Shown here: in pieces, positions 1-7,545 of the stretch | Layout of the letters: each line of letters starts with the position of its first letter | How positions within the stretch are numbered: position 1 is the stretch's first letter | Origin: Promethearchaeota archaeon | GTDB lineage: Archaea > Asgardarchaeota > Lokiarchaeia > Sigyniarchaeales > SOKP01 | Length of the DNA: 23,419 bases | Assembly (NCBI GenBank): GCA_048940645.1 | Contig: JBHLOI010000052.1 | Span: 1 to 23,419 of the forward strand | Direction of reading: 5' to 3' | Notes under the pieces: model-generated | Seen by the model: the letters and a program-made list of their open reading frames with translations, nothing else | The model's database searches: none | What the model was told of the DNA's origin: nothing | Position numbers and translations under genes: made by a program

Positions 1-1
1 T

Positions 2-3000
2 TTCATAAAATCATGTACGATAACCTTTATTGCTGATGTTCCAGCAGGAACAAATAAAACATATTTTCTATATTATAATGAAAATTCAGAGGGTATTAAT
101 CAGCTAGATTATAATACTGGTTTTTCTAGTTCATTAGCAGGTGGTATTCTCACAATAACTGTTGGTACTGATTATGAAGTGGAACTTGAACAAGGATTAT
201 CAGTAACGAAATGTGAAAGGTTAGGATACAATTTTCATTTGAATAAGTCATTATCACCTGAAAAACAATTAACTGATCCAAGTCTGAAATTCTTAGCCCA
301 TTTTGAAAATTCTGTTGCTGATTCAACAGGTAATGAGCCTGATGGCGTTTTTAATGGAGATCCGGAATATATAAACGGAAGAGTACAATATGGTATGGAA
401 TTTGATGGAAATGATTTTGTAAGCTATGCTAGTGGATTACAAGATGTTGGAGATCCATTTGATGATTTAAGTAATGAATTTACGGCTTGTGCTTGGATTA
501 ATCCAAGTCTACTTTCTGGTGGAGCAACTAATCATCAAACAGAAAATGTATTCCTTGCGAAAGCAAGTGATCCTTATAATGATAATTTTGAAATAGGTAT
601 TAACAACGAGGGTAATATTCACGTCTATCTTGACACTGAAACTGATGATAGATATGCTGATTTTGGACCTGCAGGTAAAATTACTACTACAGGTGGATGG
701 TACTTTGTGGCTGTACGTTATAGAAATGGTCTTGTTGAAGTTTTTATACAAGATACTTGGTACCCTGATTCAACTACATGGGCCGGAGCGATGGATATAG
801 ACCAAGCAGAAGGAAGTCCTTTCACTATAGGAGCTTCAGAGCATATTAATCAATACTTTAAAGGTGTCATTGATGAAGTGGCAGTTTACAATACATTTTT
901 AACTGATCAAGAGGTTGAAGATTATAAATTCGGCTCTATGCCCTCTAAAATTCAATCTATTACTGAATTAGAAAATGGTGATGTCTTTTCTCGATATTTA
1001 ATCGATTGGACAACTATTTTTGATATGCATGTAGAGGATACTTGTACTTTTTATTATGACTATAATCTATGGAGTGTTAATCGTAGTATATATTTTGATA
1101 ATGAGTTCAATTCAACAATAGATAGAATGTTTGTATTGAACACTTATTATGATCTTACAGGATTGAATGATCATAATGAATTTTTGTATATTTACGATGG
1201 AAACTTGCAAAAAGACATAACAACTGCTGGCTTTGTAGCTGAAAATTATACGATTATTCATAACTCTCCTGATCCTGCAAAAGATGCACTAGGAATCTTT
1301 ATTGAAGGTTATGAATTATCAGATGAAGCTCGTATGGATCTTACATATCTAAGAGGAGATGTTATTTATAACGATGGTTTAGTAGAATTTGTCCCAGGAT
1401 CGATTAATGATTTAGATAATGATATAGGCGGTGAAGATAATAGACTAAATGTTTACTTCTGGGAGTTAATAGGTGGTGTAAATGAAACTGGAACTTTAGA
1501 TAATACTGATATGATTCAGTATTTTGATGATATGCTTTCCACATTAAGAGATCCTTTAGATGTTTACCTTTATATGCAAGATAGTTTCTTCTACACTTTA
1601 GAGGTAAATGTAACAGATATTGATAATAGATTAGTACCTGAAACAACAATTACAGTTTGGAATGCTTCAAATCCGACGATTTTTTGGTCTCAACAAACTG
1701 ATGAGTTTGGTAAAACTATTTTTGATCGTTTATCAAATGGAACTTATATCGTAAATGCTTCTTATACACGATATAGTCAAACTTTAACAATTACAAATCC
1801 ACGAATTATAGAACTTAACGATACCACAGTGGATACATTTGGAATTTATAAATTAGAATTTACAAATGTAAAATTAACTTCTTTAGAATTGAAATTTCAG
1901 AGAGAACATCTGGGTGTTATTGAAGAGGATGTAGTTGGAGCAAATATAACATTTACTCTAGATGACGGCTCTGGGCCATCAGTATTAGGATCGGAATATA
2001 CGGATTCTAATGGTGAAGTTATCTTTCACTGGGCTAATTTAACAGACGCAAATAGTGGAAATGTTTCTTTAACAGTTAATTGGCACGGTGAAGATTCAAA
2101 TGATTTAAATTGTGACGATGATTTGGATTCTATACTTCCATTGGTTACACTACCTTTTTATCAGTATCTTAATACTATTGTTAATGTATCTACTGGAAAT
2201 ACATATAAATCATTCTTATATGTAGATTCAAGTGGGGCTAGTAATATTACCTTAGGAGGGAGCTTAAGCATTTGGGTTAACTACTCTTTTCAAAAAAATG
2301 TCGAACCATTAGAACCCATTTTAGGTGGAACTGTGAGTTATGATGTTAAGATTGGAAGTATAGTAATTAATACTGGAGACCTTTATTTTACTGAAACAGG
2401 CAATGGGATTTATAGTTTAGATATTGATACTTCTGATCTTATAGAACCTGGAGGCGCTTCTTGGTTAGCAGGTGTAGCATATGTCATGGATATTTATGCC
2501 ACTAAACCAGGACATATACCCAATCAGACATCTGTGGCATTTACACTTCTAGAAAAAACGACTAGTTTGCTTCCAAACATAAGCCAGGCTCAAGTGTATT
2601 GGAAAGATGTTCTTACTCTAGATGTACATTATATAGATACATTTGCAGATCCAGATATAGATATAAATGGAGCTACTGTTAGTTATGTTGCTCTTGGTGT
2701 AGGTGGAATATCAGGACTTCTTACTCCATACGGTTCAGGAGGATTATATCAACTTAATTTGAATAGTTCATCTTTTCCCATTTATGGAGACTATATATTA
2801 CAATTAACTGCTTCTAAACAGAATTATGAAATAAAAACGATATTTATACCGTTAACAATATTTGAAATTAATACAAGATTGAATGGAACAGCAGCATTAT
2901 ATGAAACCTTTGATGTATTCATTGGTACTTCTAAAATTTTTTCATTTGAATATACCATTGAACAAAGTGGAACCGGCTTATCAAACATTAATGTGAAGGA

Positions 3001-3832
3001 ATGTGTATGGGAAAAAGAAGTTGGTGGTGTTGTTGTTGATAATGGTATTATTGAGCTGACTGAGTTGGGTAATGGACGCTTTGAACTTGATTTAAATACC
3101 GAAAATTTAGAAATAGCAACTTATACCTTAATAGTTACTTTTAGTGAAACAAATTATGTGAGAAGAGATGCTATCATCTTTATTAATATAATTCCAAGAG
3201 AATTCGAGATTGGATATGCAGATATAGTGTCAGTAGTATCTGGTAATGATTTAAAGTTTGATATCTACCTAACCGATCCAATTGACGTAATTCCTATAAC
3301 TAATGCAGAAGTTTATTTAATGGTAGGTGGAACGAGATATAATTTCACTGATAATGGAGATGGAACATATACCGTTGTAGTTCCAGATTCAGCATTACCT
3401 GATGCATTTTTCACAACTGAACGATTATCAACCACTCTTAACATTGAGAAGGCAAATTATAGTGATACCACTAGAAGTGTATTTATCGACGTAAAAATGA
3501 CTGAAATATTCCCTGGTTTCCCTATGTTTTACTTCTTGATGATCGTAATAGGAGTTGTGGCTGTTGTAGGTAGCCTAGTTGCATATCGCGTTATTCAAAA
3601 AGCAAGGATTCCAACTTTTGTGAAACGAGCAAGAGAAATGAGAAGTGATATAAAGGGTAAGAAGACTATCTCTGAATCTCTTTTATATCCCTCTAAAGAA
3701 GAATATATATTAAAAAAGGTAGGAGATAAATGGGAAATGCTAGGATTATCATTAGGAGATATTTTAGGCGTTGAAAGGAAGAAGGGTAAACAAATCCCTA
3801 AGCCCGGTGAATTTGAAGGAGGTGGATTATAA
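2..3832 (+). CDS. Large single-pass cell-surface glycoprotein (LamG/ConA-like domain, Ig-like repeats, C-terminal TM helix and cytoplasmic tail); 5'-partial
   Basis: The frame is open from nt 2 (FIKSCTITFIADVPAGTNKTYFLYYNE...), so GTG179 is not the real start. LamG-type motifs at ~290-930 (EFDGNDFV, FTACAWINP, WYFVAVRY, FTIGA, FKGVIDEVAVYN). Repeated ~100-aa beta units with GxGxY/F turns (TGNGIYSLDIDT, GSGGLYQLNLNS, LGNGRFELDLNT, NGDGTYTVVVPD). More than 20 N-x-S/T sequons. PGF at 3512-3520, hydrophobic helix to ~3586, then an ~80-aa K/R-rich tail. Confidence 0.85.
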   Translation, partial: FIKSCTITFIADVPAGTNKTYFLYYNENSEGINQLDYNTGFSSSLAGGILTITVGTDYEVELEQGLSVTKCERLGYNFHLNKSLSPEKQLTDPSLKFLAHFENSVADSTGNEPDGVFNGDPEYINGRVQYGMEFDGNDFVSYASGLQDVGDPFDDLSNEFTACAWINPSLLSGGATNHQTENVFLAKASDPYNDNFEIGINNEGNIHVYLDTETDDRYADFGPAGKITTTGGWYFVAVRYRNGLVEVFIQDTWYPDSTTWAGAMDIDQAEGSPFTIGASEHINQYFKGVIDEVAVYNTFLTDQEVEDYKFGSMPSKIQSITELENGDVFSRYLIDWTTIFDMHVEDTCTFYYDYNLWSVNRSIYFDNEFNSTIDRMFVLNTYYDLTGLNDHNEFLYIYDGNLQKDITTAGFVAENYTIIHNSPDPAKDALGIFIEGYELSDEARMDLTYLRGDVIYNDGLVEFVPGSINDLDNDIGGEDNRLNVYFWELIGGVNETGTLDNTDMIQYFDDMLSTLRDPLDVYLYMQDSFFYTLEVNVTDIDNRLVPETTITVWNASNPTIFWSQQTDEFGKTIFDRLSNGTYIVNASYTRYSQTLTITNPRIIELNDTTVDTFGIYKLEFTNVKLTSLELKFQREHLGVIEEDVVGANITFTLDDGSGPSVLGSEYTDSNGEVIFHWANLTDANSGNVSLTVNWHGEDSNDLNCDDDLDSILPLVTLPFYQYLNTIVNVSTGNTYKSFLYVDSSGASNITLGGSLSIWVNYSFQKNVEPLEPILGGTVSYDVKIGSIVINTGDLYFTETGNGIYSLDIDTSDLIEPGGASWLAGVAYVMDIYATKPGHIPNQTSVAFTLLEKTTSLLPNISQAQVYWKDVLTLDVHYIDTFADPDIDINGATVSYVALGVGGISGLLTPYGSGGLYQLNLNSSSFPIYGDYILQLTASKQNYEIKTIFIPLTIFEINTRLNGTAALYETFDVFIGTSKIFSFEYTIEQSGTGLSNINVKECVWEKEVGGVVVDNGIIELTELGNGRFELDLNTENLEIATYTLIVTFSETNYVRRDAIIFINIIPREFEIGYADIVSVVSGNDLKFDIYLTDPIDVIPITNAEVYLMVGGTRYNFTDNGDGTYTVVVPDSALPDAFFTTERLSTTLNIEKANYSDTTRSVFIDVKMTEIFPGFPMFYFLMIVIGVVAVVGSLVAYRVIQKARIPTFVKRAREMRSDIKGKKTISESLLYPSKEEYILKKVGDKWEMLGLSLGDILGVERKKGKQIPKPGEFEGGGL
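3818..3825 (+). promoter_or_regulatory. Shine-Dalgarno site (GGAGGTGG) for the 3833 gene, inside the upstream CDS
   Basis: GGAGGTGG ends 7 nt before ATG3833. The upstream stop TAA (3830-3832) directly abuts this ATG, consistent with translational coupling. Confidence 0.75.
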
Positions 3833-4936
3833 ATGCCAGTAGGTTTAGTTGTTATGAAATGGGACGAAAGAGTAGGTACAGAAATCTTAGCCAAATATCC
3901 AGAAGAAATTAATATTTCAGATAAAACATTGATGCAAGTATATAGTACCCATGAATATAGCGGAGAATCGGGTATGATTAGTTTAATGGTAGGCTCCCTT
4001 AATATAGCTTCATATTATACAGGTCCTGATAAGGGATATTATATACTTCTATTATTAAATCTAGATGATGACCCTGATTCTTATGAAAGTGGATTAGTGG
4101 ATGTTTCCAGAATAATTTTACAAAACCTTGACGACAATGCATATGTTCGATTAATTCCTTCACTATTTCAAAGGTTATCTGTTTATCCTACATTAAACGA
4201 TGAGCAGCGCTTAGCAATTACTTATCAAGATGAAATAAAGAGAATGATCATTAATCGTTTAAGAGAAGAAGGGGTAGTGTCTAAATCAGAACTCATGGTT
4301 TGGCTTAAAGACAAGTATAAACAAGGGTTCGTTGATTTAGAAGGAGTTTTAATCGAATTGATAAAAAGCGATATTATAAAAGAAGCATCTGTTAAAGGAA
4401 TGCCATCAGAACTTATTTTCCTTACAAATGATATTTTAATGATGAGAGTACCTCCTGTGCAACTTTTAAAAGATCCTGTCGACAGAGGTTTGCCAGCTCA
4501 ATTGGCAGAAGATTATCGCACCGAATCTAAGAGATTTTTTCAAAACTATCGTCCTTCGGAACAAGACAATCTTACTGTAATTGATGTTATAATTAATCCT
4601 CAAGTATATGAAACTCTCCGTTTATTAAGAACCGCGATAGTTACTCGAAATGATCTTGAAAAGCTTAAAAAGAAAGGTGTAGATGACGTTGATGAGGTAC
4701 TAAAGATGCTCTGGGAAAGTAAAATGATTCAAGTTTTTCAAGATGCACGGAACAATGAATATTATGCTCTACTTTCTGATTTCTATGTTGATCTTATTTT
4801 TCCTAAATATTTACTAAATGTTATCAAAGAAGTGTATGAGAAAAAGTCAAAAGCTAGCCAAGTATTAATTGAATATCTAAACGTACTTGAGAATTCTTAC
4901 TTAGACCTAAAATCTACAGCAAAATCAAAAGATTAA
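3833..4936 (+). CDS. Longin/uDENN-like domain + two winged-helix-like domains (NPRL2/NPRL3-like architecture)
   Basis: N-terminal GLVVMKWDERVGTEILAKYPE fits the uDENN/longin beta-hairpin pattern (hhhxxFDxxxGPxhxxxYP). Two helix-helix-helix-hairpin segments follow: IINRLREEGVVSKSELMVWL...LIELIKSDIIKE...ELIFL and LRLLRTAIVTRNDLEK...VLKMLWESKMIQVF...EYYAL. The ORF is secure; the fold call is inference. Confidence 0.6.
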   Translation: MPVGLVVMKWDERVGTEILAKYPEEINISDKTLMQVYSTHEYSGESGMISLMVGSLNIASYYTGPDKGYYILLLLNLDDDPDSYESGLVDVSRIILQNLDDNAYVRLIPSLFQRLSVYPTLNDEQRLAITYQDEIKRMIINRLREEGVVSKSELMVWLKDKYKQGFVDLEGVLIELIKSDIIKEASVKGMPSELIFLTNDILMMRVPPVQLLKDPVDRGLPAQLAEDYRTESKRFFQNYRPSEQDNLTVIDVIINPQVYETLRLLRTAIVTRNDLEKLKKKGVDDVDEVLKMLWESKMIQVFQDARNNEYYALLSDFYVDLIFPKYLLNVIKEVYEKKSKASQVLIEYLNVLENSYLDLKSTAKSKD

Positions 4937-4941
4937 CTTAA

Positions 4942-4971
4942 TTTTATTTATTTTTTTTTCTTTCTACTTTT
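4942..4971 (+). terminator. Archaeal oligo-T terminator tract
   Basis: TTTTATTTATTTTTTTTTCTTTCTACTTTT starts 6 nt after the stop at 4936. Confidence 0.5.
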
Positions 4972-5087
4972 AAAGTCTAAATACGCAAATTATTAACTAT
5001 AATTTTTTCCCAGTTTTTTATTTAGATTTTTCATAAAAATATTATTTTTCCATAGATTATTTCATTTATTATTAATAATTTAAAATT

Positions 5088-6458
5088 GTGATAAATTTGG
5101 ATGAAAAAATTCCCCCAGAATTTGATGATTTTGATTTAGAAAATCTTTCCAAACCTAATGCTCTTCCAGAAGATATAGATTACGAGAATCATATTGTTGC
5201 TACTTATAGTGCAATGCTTCATAGAAAAATGGATGCGTTTTATATGATGCAAGCTGTTTGCATTGAACAATCAACAGGTACTTTTGTTCCTGTTCCTGCA
5301 GAAACTCCAGAACAACGAAGAAAACATGTAGCAAAAGTGATTGGATGGTGGAGAATTCCAGATTTTGAATACGAGGGTGCAGAAGAATTTTTTGGAAACC
5401 CCAAAATGCATCAATACGTAGTACAAATAGCATTTCCCTTAAACTTTAGGCCTCAATTTCCTATGCTCTTTACAACTATATATGGAAATATTTCAATGGG
5501 CGGTCCATTAAAGATGATGGATGTTCGATTTCCAAAAGCATTTTTAAAGGAATTTAAGGGACCTAAATTTGGAGATGTGGGAATTAGGAATATTTTAGGA
5601 GTTAAAGAACGCCCATTACTAAATAACATGATTAAGCCTTGTGTATATTCTGATCCAAAAATAGGTGCAGAACTTGCATATCAAGCAGCAGTAGGTGGCT
5701 GTGATATCATAAAAGATGATGAATTAATCGCAGATGTGGGATTTAATCCCATTACCGAAAGGGTAACTGCTTTTATGGAAGCGCTAGATAGAGCAGATTC
5801 CGAAAAAGGCGAAAAAACTTTATACACGGTTAACATAACTGATAGAGTCGATAAAATGTTTGAGTTAGCAGATATTGTACAAGAACATGGAGCAAATGCT
5901 TTAATGGTTAATCATATTTCAACAGGATATTCTGCCATGAGGAAATTAGCCGAAGATCCTTCTGTTAAGGTACCTATTTTAGGACATATGGATCTTGCAG
6001 GAGCTCTTTATCAGGATCCTCTCAGTGGTATTTCAAGCCCTTTAATACTTGGTAAATTTGGAAGATTGGCCGGGTGTGATACAATAGTACATCCAGCACC
6101 ATATGGTAAAGCACCTACAATGGCAGATAGGTTCAAGGAAACTGCTCGACAAATGGTTATGCCAATGGGTAATGCTCCACATATTAAAAGAACCTTGCCA
6201 ATGCCATCCGGCGGTATTACTCCTAGTTTAGTTGAAAAATGTGTTCAGGATTTAGGGACAAATATTATGATTGGTAGTGGTGGTGGAATTCATGCTCACC
6301 CTGATGGTCCCATTGCTGGGGCAAAAGCATTTAGACAAGCGATTGATGCAGTAATGAAAGGTATTTCTGTAAGAGACTATGGCAAAGAACATAAAGAATT
6401 GGGTACCGCATTAGGTTTGTTTGGTGTAGGTAAAAAGACTGAATTTACTTCAGTATAA
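5088..6458 (+). CDS. RuBisCO-like protein (form IV RLP)
   Basis: Motifs EQSTGT, IYGN, FKGPKFG, MIKP, GGCDIIKDDE (carbamylated Lys motif), YTVNITD, PMPSGG and GSGGGIHAHPDG are present. The K177 equivalent is Cys (IKPC) and HR is replaced by HM (GHMDLAGA), as expected for a non-carboxylating RLP. Confidence 0.88.
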   Translation: MINLDEKIPPEFDDFDLENLSKPNALPEDIDYENHIVATYSAMLHRKMDAFYMMQAVCIEQSTGTFVPVPAETPEQRRKHVAKVIGWWRIPDFEYEGAEEFFGNPKMHQYVVQIAFPLNFRPQFPMLFTTIYGNISMGGPLKMMDVRFPKAFLKEFKGPKFGDVGIRNILGVKERPLLNNMIKPCVYSDPKIGAELAYQAAVGGCDIIKDDELIADVGFNPITERVTAFMEALDRADSEKGEKTLYTVNITDRVDKMFELADIVQEHGANALMVNHISTGYSAMRKLAEDPSVKVPILGHMDLAGALYQDPLSGISSPLILGKFGRLAGCDTIVHPAPYGKAPTMADRFKETARQMVMPMGNAPHIKRTLPMPSGGITPSLVEKCVQDLGTNIMIGSGGGIHAHPDGPIAGAKAFRQAIDAVMKGISVRDYGKEHKELGTALGLFGVGKKTEFTSV

Positions 6459-6478
6459 TGTGAAATTCAAATAATAAA

Positions 6479-6506
6479 TTTATTTTTTATTTTTTCTTTT
6501 TTTTTT
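6479..6506 (+). terminator. Oligo-T terminator tract after the RLP gene
   Basis: Long T run (TTTATTTTTTATTTTTTCTTTTTTTTTT) in the gap between convergent genes. Confidence 0.5.
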
Positions 6507-6509
6507 AAT

Positions 6510-7478
6510 TTATTCAAATCTCTCAACCAAATATCTTTTTAAAACCACTTTTATTTCAGGTTTAAAGTCAGTTGGTTTTATATAATTAACAATTTTATTA
6601 CCGCAAAGATCAAGAAATTCTAGATTAGGAAAGCCTTGAAGAAAACTGAGATTTTTCAAATCATTAAGTTTATTATTTGATATCCTTAAATGAGTCAACG
6701 ATTTAAGATCTTTTAATTTTTTTATATCTTCAATTTGATTATTTGAGAGATCCAATTTCTTGAGGTTTCTCAAAAGATTTAATCCTTCTATTTCAGAGAG
6801 ACTAGAAATATTATTTTTCCATCCCCAAGGTGTTCCCTTAACCTCGTATTCCAAATAATCCGATAAATCTAATTCTTCTACTAGTAAACTTTTTGGATTT
6901 ATTTCAAAATAAACATTAGGAAGCTTCTCTGATAAATGTTTTACAGTTAAAAAATTAATAATTATTTCTGAGATATGACTAAGGGAAAAACTTTCTAGCT
7001 TCCTCGTTTTAAGTATCCTCTTTATTCCCTTTTTATACTTTTTATTTTCATATCTCCTCTCGACATTAAGGTATTTGACTTTTCTTATTTTTTTTAGCTC
7101 TTCTATCAAAATTTTTTTAGATTCAGTTTCTTCAATTTTAGCTAAAGTTTTTAATAAAGCAATTAAACATTTATAAGAGGTTTCATATTTGACTGCCCAT
7201 TTTATGGGGGGTAAAACTTTTTCTTGATAATTGATGAAGAGGTAATTAAGAGCAGAATTTCTTAACTCTGGATTTTTATCAGAAACCAATAAATTTTCAA
7301 TAATTTTAAAAATTTTTTCATCCTTGGCTCTAATCCTATTTAATATTTCAATAGACTCTAATCTCAATTGATCCTCATCGGAATTTTCAATAATTGATAA
7401 CAACAAATCAATTGAAGATTTTTTATCTAAGTCATTATTATTTAGCTTCTCATAGATTTTTTGAGGGGTAAGATTCAT
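6510..7478 (-). CDS. HEAT-like N-terminal module + short LRR protein
   Basis: N-terminus IIENS..RLESIEIL..FKIIENLLVSD.N..LRNSA is shared with the 15629 and 17038 genes. C-terminal ~22-aa LRRs (LKKLDLSNNQIEDIKKL, LTHLRISNNKL, LEFLDLCGNKI). Confidence 0.85.
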   Translation of the reverse strand: MNLTPQKIYEKLNNNDLDKKSSIDLLLSIIENSDEDQLRLESIEILNRIRAKDEKIFKIIENLLVSDKNPELRNSALNYLFINYQEKVLPPIKWAVKYETSYKCLIALLKTLAKIEETESKKILIEELKKIRKVKYLNVERRYENKKYKKGIKRILKTRKLESFSLSHISEIIINFLTVKHLSEKLPNVYFEINPKSLLVEELDLSDYLEYEVKGTPWGWKNNISSLSEIEGLNLLRNLKKLDLSNNQIEDIKKLKDLKSLTHLRISNNKLNDLKNLSFLQGFPNLEFLDLCGNKIVNYIKPTDFKPEIKVVLKRYLVERFE

Positions 7479-7545
7479 ATTTTAAATATTTGAAGTATAA
7501 ATCGTATTAGTTTCAAATAATAAAAGATTTTAAAAAATAAAAGAG

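Noticed and set aside
179-181. GTG179 as the start of the surface protein
   Set aside because: The frame is open to the window edge with protein-like sequence, and no signal peptide follows 179.
509-3894. Antisense ORFs 509-751, 1404-1649 and 3595-3894
   Set aside because: They lie within well-supported opposite-strand genes and show no recognisable motifs.
5088-6458. Bona fide CO2-fixing form III RuBisCO
   Set aside because: It lacks the K177 and R295 equivalents (IKPC, GHMD) and the HRAMH motif.
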